Assembly (NCBI GenBank): GCA_964452565.1
Contig: CAYVLY010000001.1
Location: 515,053 to 579,052, forward strand
Source: an uncultured Gammaproteobacteria bacterium
Lineage (GTDB): Bacteria; Patescibacteriota; Patescibacteriia; UBA9934
Length of the DNA stretch: 64,000 bases
Reading direction: 5' to 3'
Position 1 is the first letter of the stretch. Every line of letters begins with the position of its first letter. This document shows, piece by piece, positions 1-9,694 of this stretch. The translations under genes were made by a program, and so were the position numbers. The notes beneath the pieces were generated by a model, which did no database searches, was not told where the DNA came from, and saw nothing but the letters and a program-made list of their open reading frames with translations.

Positions 1-51
1 AAAAAGGAAGAAAAACCTAAAAAAGAAGTTGTTGGAAAAACAGAGGAGGAG

Positions 52-1704
52 ATGACTCCAGCAGAAAAACTCCAGCGCAAGATGGCAAAGATTGAGGTTG
101 GATCAAAGGAGAAAGAAGCCGAGACTATTGCAAAGGCTCATAATATTCCGTACATCAACCTTGTTGGCTTTGCCATCAGTCCGGATGCGCTTCGCCTGAT
201 CCCAGAGGATAAAGCCAAAGAAATCAAAACACTTGCATTTCTTTACACTGGCCCTGAGCTACGGATTGCAAGTACAGATCCAACCAACGAGGATATCAAG
301 CAACTTGCATTTGGACTTGGTGAACGTTTGAAGACTCGCGCGATTCTATACAAAATCACAGACGATTCCTTTAATCATGCTGTGGAGCTGTACCGAACGC
401 TTCCAAAGATCCGCAAAATAGTTAAAGGAGTTCAGATTAAAGAAGAAGAGCTTTCCGCTTACCAGGAAAAGATGGAAAGCTTTAAGGATATTGATGCCAT
501 TCTAAAAGAAGCGAGTATCACAGATGTATTGGCGATCGTAGTTGCTGCAGCACTTAAGCTTGGATCATCAGACATTCACATTGAGGCAGAAGAAAAAGAC
601 ATTGCTGTTCGATTGCGTGTTGATGGAATCCTGCAAGATGTTGCAAAGATTGATGTAAAACAATGGAAAAAAATCATCAACCGAATTAAGTTGATAGCGG
701 GCTTAAAGCTCAACATTACAGACAAGCCACAAGATGGCCGATTCACAATCTATCAAAAAGACAAAAAGATCGATGTTCGTACCTCTACCCTTCCGACCGC
801 ATGGGGCGAGTCAGTTGTAATGCGTATCTTAAATCCAGACTCGATTCAGTTAGAGTTTGAGCAACTTGGATTCCGCAAAGCAGCGTTTGAGCGCCTAGCT
901 CGCGAGATCGAGAAGCCACATGGAATGGTGATCACTACTGGACCAACTGGATCTGGTAAGACTACAACTCTGTATGCTGTTTTGAAAAGGCTCAATAAGC
1001 CGGGCGTAAAGATCATCACACTTGAAGATCCTGTTGAGTACAAGCTGGAAGGCATCAACCAAAGTCAGATTGATCATTCAAAAGAGTACACATTTGCAAA
1101 AGGACTACGTTCGATTCTTCGACAAGACCCAGACATCGTACTTGTTGGTGAGATCCGTGACCTTGAAACTGCAGAGACTGCGATTCAGGCATCACTCACT
1201 GGTCACTTACTACTCTCTACGATCCATACCAATGACGCTGCAGGTGCTATCCCGCGATTCACTGCAATGGGCGTTAAGCCATTCTTATTGGCACCTTCTT
1301 TGAACGCAATCATGGGTCAACGACTTGTACGACGAGTGTGTGAAAGCTGCAAACAAGATGATACTATCGAGCCTGATGTTCTTACAAAGGTCAAGGAAAT
1401 GCTTGATGCAATTCCTGAAAACTCTGGAGAGCCAAAGCCTGATACTTCAGCTATGAAGTTTTACAAAGGTGCAGGATGTGATAGGTGTAACAAGACAGGG
1501 TACAAAGGACGCGTTGGAATTTATGAGATCCTAATCAAAGACGATGCTGTTGAAAAATTCATTCTAGAGGGCGATGTTTCTGAATACAAGATGCGAGAGG
1601 TTGCAACAGCTCAAGGGATGATCAACATGGCACAGGATGGACTCTTAAAGGCACTTGAAGGACAGACCTCTATCGAAGAAATTCGAAGAGTGACTGGATT
1701 CTAA
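52..1704 (+). CDS. pilB: Type IV pilus / type II secretion assembly ATPase (PilB/GspE family)
   Basis: 550-aa ORF with Walker A GPTGSGKTTT and a GspE-type C-terminal Cys tetrad (CESC...CDRC). The reading frame is open to position 1, so the gene may be 5'-partial. Confidence 0.85.
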   Translation: MTPAEKLQRKMAKIEVGSKEKEAETIAKAHNIPYINLVGFAISPDALRLIPEDKAKEIKTLAFLYTGPELRIASTDPTNEDIKQLAFGLGERLKTRAILYKITDDSFNHAVELYRTLPKIRKIVKGVQIKEEELSAYQEKMESFKDIDAILKEASITDVLAIVVAAALKLGSSDIHIEAEEKDIAVRLRVDGILQDVAKIDVKQWKKIINRIKLIAGLKLNITDKPQDGRFTIYQKDKKIDVRTSTLPTAWGESVVMRILNPDSIQLEFEQLGFRKAAFERLAREIEKPHGMVITTGPTGSGKTTTLYAVLKRLNKPGVKIITLEDPVEYKLEGINQSQIDHSKEYTFAKGLRSILRQDPDIVLVGEIRDLETAETAIQASLTGHLLLSTIHTNDAAGAIPRFTAMGVKPFLLAPSLNAIMGQRLVRRVCESCKQDDTIEPDVLTKVKEMLDAIPENSGEPKPDTSAMKFYKGAGCDRCNKTGYKGRVGIYEILIKDDAVEKFILEGDVSEYKMREVATAQGMINMAQDGLLKALEGQTSIEEIRRVTGF

Positions 1705-1767
1705 CAGAACATAGACCACAGATATAGGCCTGGCGATGCCAGGCCTTTTGAAATCTCGGGCCTGTCA

Positions 1768-1976
1768 CGAGCACGTTCAGGTTCATCCTCGGGCAGGAGA
1801 ACGGAATAGCATTTTGATGTCCAATTTCTCTATAGATACAAATTGGATCTCCAAAATACCCGTTAGTATGTACCGAGGTATACCTGGACGAGCGCAGTAT
1901 GGGCCAGGCAGTTTCTTTTCTCCATTTCTTTGCTGCTTCAAAGAAATGGGTCCAGGGGCTTGGGGCAGGATACCCC
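1768..1976. repeat. Dispersed non-coding repeat, copy A (about 209 bp, about 85% identical to 6635-6843)
   Basis: Alignable by eye to 6635-6843. Contains the hairpin CCATTTCTTTG-ctgctt-CAAAGAAATGG. The small minus-strand ORFs in the two copies are in different frames, so the repeat is non-coding. It is followed by a sigma70-like promoter and a GC-rich island. Confidence 0.7.
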
Positions 1977-2112
1977 GAATAAAACCGCTATTTTTGGCTA
2001 TTTTTCTTACTGCTTGACTTGACAAAGAGCATTTTCTATGCTAGTGTTAGCTGTCCTTTTGCGAACTAAGTCGCGATTTCGGACGGCTGATGCTGACGCT
2101 GGAGAAGCTGAA

Positions 2113-2388
2113 ATGAACCCCACCCCACCCCTAGAGGAGATCGCGGACATGTCCACGGCTACCCCTGATACGAGGAAGTGGGTGATGCTCATCTTCACCT
2201 TCTTCATCGCTGCCATCGCTGGCGTGGTCGGCGGAGCCCTGCTGGTCTGCCTGTTCTGCCTGATGATCAGCGGAAATGTGGACCCCCAGAACACCGCTCA
2301 CACCGACTCCATCTGGACCGGTGCCATCGTATTCGGAATCATGGGTCTGTGGATCCGCGCCGATCTCTTGATGAATCGTGGCCGTTGA
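2113..2388 (+). CDS. GC-rich small membrane protein (hypothetical)
   Basis: ORF 2038-2388 in the track; the likely start is ATG 2113, after the RBS GGAGAA. It has a hydrophobic core (LIFTFFIAAIAGVVGGALLVCLFCL). GC content is much higher than in flanking genes. Confidence 0.4.
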   Translation: MNPTPPLEEIADMSTATPDTRKWVMLIFTFFIAAIAGVVGGALLVCLFCLMISGNVDPQNTAHTDSIWTGAIVFGIMGLWIRADLLMNRGR

Positions 2389-2772
2389 TCAAAAGCCACA
2401 GCATCAAACAACCTTTCGTCTGCCGGTCCCTGACCGGCGGCCATCAATGATCACAACAAGCTTGTGCTCATCGATGACCCCAACCCCCTGGAGCGCTCAA
2501 TGAAAACCCTAAAGAGAGTCGTCTTCTTCCCGGCTGAACTCATCATAGGAGTGTACGTGGCATTCGCGCTCGCGTTCATTCTCCGCAACATGTTCCCGAA
2601 CTTCTTCGGGTGCATGCACAGCGGCGGATCAACCAGCCGTGGTCATCCGCGCCCGTGGTAGTGCGACGCACCTCCCTTCTCCCTCGCGGGGATATCTCAT
2701 CCCCGCGCCCGTCAATATTCATAACTCAGTTGTGACTATCGATGGGCAAACATCTTTCACAGGAGAAATACG

Positions 2773-3159
2773 ATGATCGCTCAACTCGGACAGCTTCTCG
2801 GCTCAGTCCCTGAAGTCCTCATGCAGGGCTTCGCGTGGGTCTTCAGCCTCTGGATGGGATGGGCGATCTGGACCGTGCTCATGTGCGCACCGATCTACTT
2901 GTTGGCCCTTGGGGTCAGCTTGTTCGGCATCAAGAGCAAGTTCATGAGCAAGATCGTCACCACAACGGTCAAGATCAATGCACTTGCAGCCTCGGCCCCA
3001 GTCTCCCTCCCCATCCTCGCCCTCTACCACGGCACCCGTCTGCTGTTCAGCGTGAACTCTGGCAACCAACGCCAGGGGAATCGCAACCAGCGTCGCGGCC
3101 GCCAGCCGCAGCAACGCTATAGCCTGGTCAACATCGACCTCAGGCGAAGGCGGCGGTAG
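2773..3159 (+). CDS. GC-rich membrane protein with Arg/Gln-rich tail (hypothetical)
   Basis: 128-aa ORF after the RBS AGGAGA. Two hydrophobic segments. The antisense ORFs overlapping it are judged spurious. Confidence 0.45.
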   Translation: MIAQLGQLLGSVPEVLMQGFAWVFSLWMGWAIWTVLMCAPIYLLALGVSLFGIKSKFMSKIVTTTVKINALAASAPVSLPILALYHGTRLLFSVNSGNQRQGNRNQRRGRQPQQRYSLVNIDLRRRRR

Positions 3160-3276
3160 CGCTCTTTCACCCTTCTTCCCTGCGATCCACAAGGCTCGCA
3201 GGTCCGCCAAAGTTTAGTACTTGATACTAGCCTTTGGCGGGCAAAACACTAACGGCCATTGGCCAAAGGAGACGCA

Positions 3277-3537
3277 ATGTACAACAGCCTGATCAGAAAC
3301 ATCGAAGAATCGGCAAACAAGTGCGTCGATTTCATCGAGCAGCACATCCTGGCGACCTTCCTGGCCGTCGCCTTCACCTGCGGCTTCATCACACCCCTTG
3401 CCCAGCAGGGCAGCATCACCGAAGCCCTGATCTACGGCTTCGCAACTACGATCGCCCTGCCGATCGCGATGGTGCCGGTCCTGGTGTGGTGCTCGTACAC
3501 CTGGAACGAAAAGCTGGACGGGCCTCGGCCCAACTAG
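3277..3537 (+). CDS. Small membrane protein, leader-associated family member A
   Basis: Inner ATG of ORF 3259-3537. It is preceded by a CCGCCAAAG...CTTTGGCGG hairpin leader like those before the next two genes. Confidence 0.4.
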   Translation: MYNSLIRNIEESANKCVDFIEQHILATFLAVAFTCGFITPLAQQGSITEALIYGFATTIALPIAMVPVLVWCSYTWNEKLDGPRPN

Positions 3538-3618
3538 CAAATCTGCTCCTTCTCACGCCTGGCGCTCGGCCGGGCGTCCGCCAAAGTTTAGCACTCGATG
3601 CTGGCCTTTGGTGGACTT
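3538..3618 (+). repeat. Conserved leader repeat with hairpin (copy 2 of 3)
   Basis: Nearly identical to 3981-4060, with a partial copy at 3207-3262. The stem is CCGCCAAAG / CTTTGGTGG around an approximately 19-nt loop, directly upstream of a paralogous gene. Confidence 0.6.
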
Positions 3619-3641
3619 CAACCTTTTCCCTGGAGAGATCC

Positions 3642-3968
3642 ATGTCCAGCAAGCCCGATCACATCGTAAGCGCAATCCTCCTGATCATCGGCGCAACTAT
3701 CTACACCACAACGCTGTCAACGGCATATGTCGTGCTCATGACCTGGTATATCACGATCACGCCCCTCTTCGTCTTCGCAGCCGGCCTGTTCATGGGCTGC
3801 GTGATCCTGATCATGGCCATCAAAGACCAAGGCAACCTGAGATTCGCGATGGCTCTGCTTACAGCCCTGGGTGTGGCGTTCAACTTTCCGATGACCCTTG
3901 TAGCTCTCGGAACCCAGTTCGGAGAGGACGTGGTCCTCGCTTGTCTGGGGGCTGGCGGTCTGCTGTGA
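3642..3968 (+). CDS. Small membrane protein, paralog B
   Basis: 108 aa. It shares TLSTA..., ALGTQFGEDVVL motifs with 4094-4453. Multi-TM. Confidence 0.45.
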   Translation: MSSKPDHIVSAILLIIGATIYTTTLSTAYVVLMTWYITITPLFVFAAGLFMGCVILIMAIKDQGNLRFAMALLTALGVAFNFPMTLVALGTQFGEDVVLACLGAGGLL

Positions 3969-3980
3969 CCGCTGTGCCGA

Positions 3981-4060
3981 TCCACCTCCTTCTCACGCCT
4001 GGCATTCGGCCGGGCGTCCGCCAAAGTTTAGAACTTGATTCTGGCCTTTGGTGGACGTGA
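3981..4060 (+). repeat. Conserved leader repeat with hairpin (copy 3 of 3)
   Basis: Same sequence family as 3538-3618. Confidence 0.6.
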
Positions 4061-4093
4061 GACAACAATGTGGCCAGAAAGGCCTGAAAGGAC

Positions 4094-4453
4094 ATGCCAA
4101 TGTCCAAAAAATCCCTCTTCCGTCTTCTGGTCTGCGTTCCCTGCCTTATCACAGGCGCAGCGCTGTACGTAGGAACACTTTCCACAGGGGCAATCATGCT
4201 GATGGCCTGCTATGGAGCAGCAATGCCGCTCATCGCCTTTGTGGCAGCACTGCTCGTGGGAACCGTGCTCATCCTCTACGCGCTCCATGACCAGCACGAG
4301 CAGGACATCAAGAAGGTCTTCCTGGTACTGAGCCTGGTGGGAATCGCTCTGATCCTCCCGGTCACACCACTCGCTTTCTATACCCAGATCGGTGAGGACA
4401 CGATCCTCGAACTCTACAAGACCCTGCACTTCAGCTGGCCGCGTGGAGACTGA
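4094..4453 (+). CDS. Small membrane protein, paralog C
   Basis: 119 aa, paralogous to 3642-3968 (GTLSTG..., AFYTQIGEDTIL). It is followed by a hairpin plus T-run terminator at about 4535-4568. Confidence 0.45.
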   Translation: MPMSKKSLFRLLVCVPCLITGAALYVGTLSTGAIMLMACYGAAMPLIAFVAALLVGTVLILYALHDQHEQDIKKVFLVLSLVGIALILPVTPLAFYTQIGEDTILELYKTLHFSWPRGD

Positions 4454-4660
4454 CCTGGAACCCACACTCTACTCGCCCCAACTGGGGCACATCCAGTGCA
4501 CATGATTCAATCATGTTCAATGGATATCAAAACAACCCCAATCTCTCAGGGGGTTGTTTTGTTTTACAGCCGGCCGATAATTACATTATACCGGCTGGGA
4601 TCCCTCGGCATCCGCCTCGGGATGGACATGAGGGAGTAGGTTGTTTTGTTTTAAACTCTT

Positions 4661-4990
4661 TTATTTCTTTTCCAAAATAGCGTAGATCACTGCATTTTGT
4701 TGACCACCACGTGAGGCAACTTTGGAATACTTCACCAAAGGGTGTCTTTGAACAAATGGTTCCGCTGCTCGTAATAAAGCTCCGGTTCCATGTCCACAAA
4801 TAATCCTAACCAACTCTTCTCCTGCCATAAACGCCCGGTCTAACTCAAGATCAATCTCACGCTCAGCATCATGAACATCCATCCCATGCAAATCAACCTC
4901 TGGAATATCTTGCCGCATCTCCGCTATCGAGACCAGCGTTTCGTAATAGGATTCCCGGCCACGCCCAGCCCTTGTATCACGTCTGTTCAT
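4661..4990 (-). CDS. Smr domain protein
   Basis: 109 aa with an Smr-like core (DLHGM...ICGHGTG). Confidence 0.6.
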   Translation of the reverse strand: MNRRDTRAGRGRESYYETLVSIAEMRQDIPEVDLHGMDVHDAEREIDLELDRAFMAGEELVRIICGHGTGALLRAAEPFVQRHPLVKYSKVASRGGQQNAVIYAILEKK

Positions 4991-5412
4991 AATTTCTTAA
5001 TATCAATTTTTCGAGTTTCTGCATCAACATGATCAATCTTAACCACATGAGTTGGTTCGAATGGCGATCTTTCAAAAACATCTGGCCACTCAACACAGAT
5101 CACGGTCTTATCATTCACATAATCCTCAAGTTCTAAAGCTCCCAGCTCTGACGCATCCTTAAATCGATACAAATCAAGGTGTGCGATCTTTTCTACATGA
5201 TCTCCCTGTACTGGATATTCATTCATAATCGTAAAAGTCGGACTTTTGACCCGTGCATTTGACCCAAGTGCCTCTACCATTCCACGTACAAACACAGTCT
5301 TCCCTGCCCCCAAATCTCCAACTATCTCAATAAACTCTCCACCTTGAAGATTTCTCGCAAACTCTGCTGCGATTTCTTTTGTTTGTAATTCTGATGTTGA
5401 TGTGTAGTTCAT
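4987..5412 (-). CDS. tsaE: tRNA threonylcarbamoyladenosine biosynthesis ATPase TsaE (YjeE)
   Basis: 141 aa with P-loop GDLGAGKT. It sits adjacent to tsaD. Confidence 0.8.
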   Translation of the reverse strand: MNYTSTSELQTKEIAAEFARNLQGGEFIEIVGDLGAGKTVFVRGMVEALGSNARVKSPTFTIMNEYPVQGDHVEKIAHLDLYRFKDASELGALELEDYVNDKTVICVEWPDVFERSPFEPTHVVKIDHVDAETRKIDIKKL

Positions 5413-5497
5413 AAATACAGTAGACAGTATACAGTAGACGGTGTGCAGTTCGAGATCCTGAACTGCCTACCGCATTCTGCCTACCGTATACTATTTT

Positions 5498-6565
5498 CTA
5501 AACAATATCCATATTCGAATCCGCGGCTAAGTCCTCAGGTTCGATATAGTTCTTCTCATCCTGAGCGCGGAAGTATCCTGCCGCAGCGATCATTGCTGCA
5601 TTATCAACTGAATAACTAAATGGTGGAACAAAAACTCGTGTAGCTCGACGTTCACCCTCTTTCTGTATCCTCTTTCGAAGCTCAATATTTGCAGCAACTC
5701 CACCGGCCAAGATAAACGACTTTGGTTTGTACTCCTCAATCGCTCGCATGGACTTCTGAGTTAATACATCTACGACCGCCTCCTGGAATGATGCTGCAAT
5801 ATTTCGTCGAAACACCTCATCTTCGATCTTATCCTCATGCTTTCGAAGCGTGTAAAGCACTGAGGTCTTTAATCCTGAAAAACTAAAATCAAAATTATCT
5901 TGATCAACTAGTCCACGTGGGAAATCAAACATATCTGTTTCACCTCCTACAGCAAGACGTGCAATATGTGGTCCGCCCGGATACGGCAACCCCAACATCT
6001 TTGCAACCTTATCAAAAGCTTCACCTGCAGCATCATCCATTGTCTCACCAATACGCTCAAACTCTCCATGACCTTTCATTAAAACCAATTCCGAGTGACC
6101 ACCTGAAACAATTAAACTAAGCGCGGGAAACTTAGGAACCGGTTGCGGCAAGAACGGAAGCAATCGCTTCGCGCGCGGCAACCAACTTGCATAAATGTGA
6201 CCCTCAAGATGACAGATTGGCACAAGAGGCACCCCCCAACTCCAAGCCAAGGTCTTTGCAACCTCAACTCCGATGCGTAGTGCTGGTGCTAAACCAGGCC
6301 CAGATGTGACAGCAATCGCATCGATCCCCTTTCCATCAAAAGGAATCTCACGCTCCAACATCGGGAAAATAGCAGCCAGATGTTCACGCGCTGCCACCTC
6401 GGGTACCACTCCTCCATATTGCTGATGAGTTTGGATCTGCGATAGTACTGTAGAGTTTTCAACCCTAAGCTGACTGCCTCTGCCCCTCACAAGCGCCAGA
6501 GCGGTCTCATCACAACTTGATTCAATTCCAAGAATTCTCATATGTCTGCAGAATACAGTAGGCAA
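5498..6565 (-). CDS. tsaD: tRNA N6-adenosine threonylcarbamoyltransferase TsaD (Kae1/YgjD)
   Basis: Canonical N-terminus MRILGIESSCDETALAL. The likely true start is the complement of 6539-6541. Confidence 0.9.
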   Translation of the reverse strand: MPTVFCRHMRILGIESSCDETALALVRGRGSQLRVENSTVLSQIQTHQQYGGVVPEVAAREHLAAIFPMLEREIPFDGKGIDAIAVTSGPGLAPALRIGVEVAKTLAWSWGVPLVPICHLEGHIYASWLPRAKRLLPFLPQPVPKFPALSLIVSGGHSELVLMKGHGEFERIGETMDDAAGEAFDKVAKMLGLPYPGGPHIARLAVGGETDMFDFPRGLVDQDNFDFSFSGLKTSVLYTLRKHEDKIEDEVFRRNIAASFQEAVVDVLTQKSMRAIEEYKPKSFILAGGVAANIELRKRIQKEGERRATRVFVPPFSYSVDNAAMIAAAGYFRAQDEKNYIEPEDLAADSNMDIV

Positions 6566-6634
6566 TGGTCATTGGCAACATTCTCAAACACACCGAGGTC
6601 CCCAGCCAATCTTCTTCACCTCTAAGCCACACTG

Positions 6635-6843
6635 CGAGCACGTCCAGGTCTATCCTCGGGCAGGAAGACGGAATAGCATTTTGATGTCCAATTTCTCCTT
6701 AGATATAAATTGGATCTCCAAAATGCCCGTCTGTATGCCTGAGGTATACCTGGACAGCGCAGCACTGTGGCTAGCAGTTTCTTTTCCCCATTTCTTTGCT
6801 GCTTCAAAGAAATGGGGCCAGGGGTTGGGGGCAGGATGCCCCC
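6635..6843. repeat. Dispersed non-coding repeat, copy B
   Basis: Second copy of the repeat at 1768-1976, again immediately upstream of a promoter and a GC-rich island. Confidence 0.7.
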
Positions 6844-6855
6844 ACTACTAAGTTA

Positions 6856-6884
6856 TTGACATTTCTACAATAATTCGCTATTGT
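6856..6884 (+). promoter_or_regulatory. Sigma70-like promoter (TTGACA-17-TATTGT)
   Basis: Exact TTGACA, a 17-bp spacer, then TATTGT. Located upstream of GC-rich ORF 6955-8208. Confidence 0.45.
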
Positions 6885-6954
6885 ACCGCCTTCTTGTGTT
6901 GGCGATTGTGTCGACCGATTGAAGATCAAACACTGCAACCAAAGGTAAATCGCA

Positions 6955-8208
6955 GTGAACGAAATGCCCCTTTCCCCCACCACCCTAGCCATCATGGCCA
7001 TGGCTCAGAACCCCGACCTGGCGGTCCTCAGGCTCATCATCCACAGCACCGGCGACTGCCTGCATGTGGACATGCCCGACTTCGGCATCAACAACTGCAC
7101 CGCCATCCCCGACGGAAGCCCCACTAGCTACCGCTGTCAGCTCTGCTGGGACATCAGGACGGGACACCTCGGTACCGACCTGACGGCCGGCACCTACCAG
7201 GTGTCCATGGGCGAGATGAACGGAGTGCAGCTGACCGACGTCGATTTCCGTGACGAACGCGAGCCCCTGGACGACGACGAGCTGACTGCGATCCGCAGCG
7301 CCTTCGCCAAGGCCTTCGGCCCGGTCCGCCGCGAGCTCGTGGAGCAGCTCGGGCTGTGGAACGCGACCCTCGAGGAGCACACGCCCCGCCACCTATGTGA
7401 GCCCATGATGCGCTACCTCGAGTTGCGCATCCAGACCAGCGGCGACAACGTGAGCCACCTGGTCCGCGAGCTCAAGGATGGCACCCTCTGGACCATCGTC
7501 GGCCTCTCCAGCGAGAAGGGCGAACACTGCAAGAGCCAGGCACGACTCCGCGGGAGCGACGAACAGCCCCATCTGCTGGACATTCTCAGGGACCCGAGCT
7601 TGCTCTTCCGCGAGCTCGACCGCTCCATGAGCGACAGATCGCGCCACACCTGGGACATCCCGCGAATCGACTTCGAGTCGCGGATACCAGGCTTCGGTGA
7701 CCTGCTCGAGCGCAACTGCATGCCGCAAATCTTCGAATTCAGCGGCACCTTCGGCAGCGCCTTCGCGAACGCCATGGCCGAGGTCTACCAGCAGTGGGTG
7801 AACCAGCAGATGCCAGGCATGCTGGCCGAGATGCTCCGCGACCGCCGCGAGCAGATCCAGACGGCCGAAAGTGATCTCAAGGCCCACATGACCCCGCCCG
7901 CGCCGGAGCCCGAGGTGGAGGAGCCCGAGATCCAGCCCCCGACCGACGGGCCGCCGTATGACTGCACCGAGCCGCCCGAGAACGACCCCGAGCCCCTGGA
8001 CCCCAGCTTCGACGAGTCGAGCGGCCACAATCCCGAGGACGAAGAGCAGATCGAGCCGCCCACCCCCGTGTCCGAGGATGAACTGCCGGAGGAGCCGGTC
8101 GTGGAGCCCGAGCCCGAGGAGCCGGTAGCCGAGCCGCCCGTGCCCGCCAATGACGAGGCGGACGCCGAGGAGCCCGAGCCCGAGATGGAGGAAGAAGAGG
8201 AGGAGTAG
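6955..8208 (+). CDS. GC-rich hypothetical protein with a long acidic Pro/Glu-rich C-terminal tail
   Basis: 417-aa ORF; the start is GTG 6955 or ATG 6964. The C-terminal 100 aa or so are PEPE/EEEE low complexity. A hairpin terminator follows at about 8250-8313. Confidence 0.4.
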   Translation: MNEMPLSPTTLAIMAMAQNPDLAVLRLIIHSTGDCLHVDMPDFGINNCTAIPDGSPTSYRCQLCWDIRTGHLGTDLTAGTYQVSMGEMNGVQLTDVDFRDEREPLDDDELTAIRSAFAKAFGPVRRELVEQLGLWNATLEEHTPRHLCEPMMRYLELRIQTSGDNVSHLVRELKDGTLWTIVGLSSEKGEHCKSQARLRGSDEQPHLLDILRDPSLLFRELDRSMSDRSRHTWDIPRIDFESRIPGFGDLLERNCMPQIFEFSGTFGSAFANAMAEVYQQWVNQQMPGMLAEMLRDRREQIQTAESDLKAHMTPPAPEPEVEEPEIQPPTDGPPYDCTEPPENDPEPLDPSFDESSGHNPEDEEQIEPPTPVSEDELPEEPVVEPEPEEPVAEPPVPANDEADAEEPEPEMEEEEEE

Positions 8209-8490
8209 CCCTGCAGGGCTGCACCAACCCGCCCAGCTGAGCTGGGCACGTCAGACTGCCGGTGACAGCGACCCACGCCTAGTGCGTGTGCGTCCGCTGT
8301 CACCGGTGTTTTGCATTCTGAAAAAGTGATAAGAGGATGAAAAGGTTATAAAAGTGATGAAAAGTCTATCTTTTCAATAATCACCTTTAATCACTTCTTC
8401 AACCTCTATCATTTTCCAACTAGACAAAACCCAAAAAAAATGGTGAATTATGGGTAGTTACAGAACGTCCCTTTCCACCATGAGGAAACC

Positions 8491-9507
8491 ATGAACTCGA
8501 TCCATGATGCCTTTACTCCCTTGCACAATCCCGATGCGACCCGCGGGCACATCTTTCTCACCGAGGGTAGACCAATATTCCCGGCCACTATCGATCCTCC
8601 AGTGTTCCCATACTGGAGAGGTGTCAAAGACGGTATCTTCGGCCAAGGCACCCGAGCAAAACAATTCAGTGGTGTGATCATCTTCTCCCTTGAGAAATGG
8701 GAAAAGAAGAGCAGCGCTACTGGATTTGAGGTCGAATGTCACTGGCGCCGCCAGGTCTATCCTCGTGATACTGAGATCCTTTACGCACTTGAAACGGACA
8801 CCTTGGACGGCACGATCTGGGAGCAGCTCAAGCGCGCCATTGGCATGCTTAAAAGAGTTCCCCTGGTTCGAGGCTGCGCGATCGTGATCAAGTTCGGTCA
8901 CCGCGGCGACGAACACCCACCCATTATCGAAATCGTGCCTGACTTCCTGTTTGGCTACGATGTAGTCCAGGAAGAAGTAGTCCAGCAGATCCGCAGACAC
9001 CGTGCTCACGAGGCAAAACTCGGGATCCAACTCTGGAGGGGCGTCCAATCCTTATGGGGAGGCGTTGGGCCAGTATGTCCCGCACCTATCACGCAGCTGC
9101 CTGACCTTTGGGAAGACAGTGACGACATCAGGATTGTCAGCGACAGGCTCGAACTCGTGATGGGCCAATTCCTGCGTCGACTCGAGACCCGTAAGAAGAT
9201 AATCGAACTCATGGCAAAAGCACACATCAAGCCCGCACCTGGAGACAGGCACACGGTCGTTGTACTGGGCGACGATGCTGAGCTGAGAATTACCAGGAGG
9301 ATCATACAGCGAGCAGGTGGGGTCACACGACTTGATCCTGAAGCACAGGACGATCCTCTGCCCATTGAGCCGGATAGTGATCGATTCAAGTTCAGGCCTA
9401 CCAGCGGCACTCCAGAGCTACGCCCCCAAAGGAGGCCGCAGATCGGAAGACGTTTAATCCCCTGGGCGCCGCCACCTCCCAGCATAGAGATCGAAGACGA
9501 CGAGTGA
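8491..9507 (+). CDS. GC-rich hypothetical protein
   Basis: 338-aa ORF after the RBS GAGGAAACC. No recognisable motifs. Confidence 0.45.
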   Translation: MNSIHDAFTPLHNPDATRGHIFLTEGRPIFPATIDPPVFPYWRGVKDGIFGQGTRAKQFSGVIIFSLEKWEKKSSATGFEVECHWRRQVYPRDTEILYALETDTLDGTIWEQLKRAIGMLKRVPLVRGCAIVIKFGHRGDEHPPIIEIVPDFLFGYDVVQEEVVQQIRRHRAHEAKLGIQLWRGVQSLWGGVGPVCPAPITQLPDLWEDSDDIRIVSDRLELVMGQFLRRLETRKKIIELMAKAHIKPAPGDRHTVVVLGDDAELRITRRIIQRAGGVTRLDPEAQDDPLPIEPDSDRFKFRPTSGTPELRPQRRPQIGRRLIPWAPPPPSIEIEDDE

Positions 9508-9619
9508 TACCCTCGAGTGCCGCTTGTCCCTACCGCCCCCACCTTCTTGGTGCGGGGTGGTTCTGCTTTTATTGACAAAAACACTTTTTTCACGTATTCT
9601 TCTCTCGCAAACCATAGAA

Positions 9620-9694
9620 GGCCCCATCGTCTAGTGGTTAGGACATCAGGTTTTCATCCTGGAAACGGGGGTTCGATTCCCCCTGGGGTCACCA
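9620..9694 (+). tRNA. tRNA-Glu (anticodon TTC)
   Basis: Cloverleaf: acceptor GGCCCCA/TGGGGTC, anticodon loop TTTTCAT, T-loop TTCGATT, encoded CCA. The 3' end forms attL of the integrated element. Confidence 0.85.

Noticed and set aside
2803-8303. Many long ORFs antisense to, or overlapping, the GC-rich genes (e.g. 2803-3210-, 3214-3540-, 3446-3652-, 6985-7392-, 7393-8028-, 7785-8303-, 7877-8227-; likewise 37102-37731-, 53961-54530-, 26182-26535+)
   Set aside because: High GC suppresses stop codons in all frames. These ORFs lack RBS or promoter context and overlap better-supported ORFs that have GGAGG RBSs and terminators, so they are treated as spurious.
8290-8460. AT-rich spacer with direct repeats AAAGTGAT(n)GATGAAAAG x2 upstream of 8491, possibly iterons
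   Set aside because: Only two short imperfect copies in an AT-rich promoter region. This is insufficient to call an origin or iteron array.
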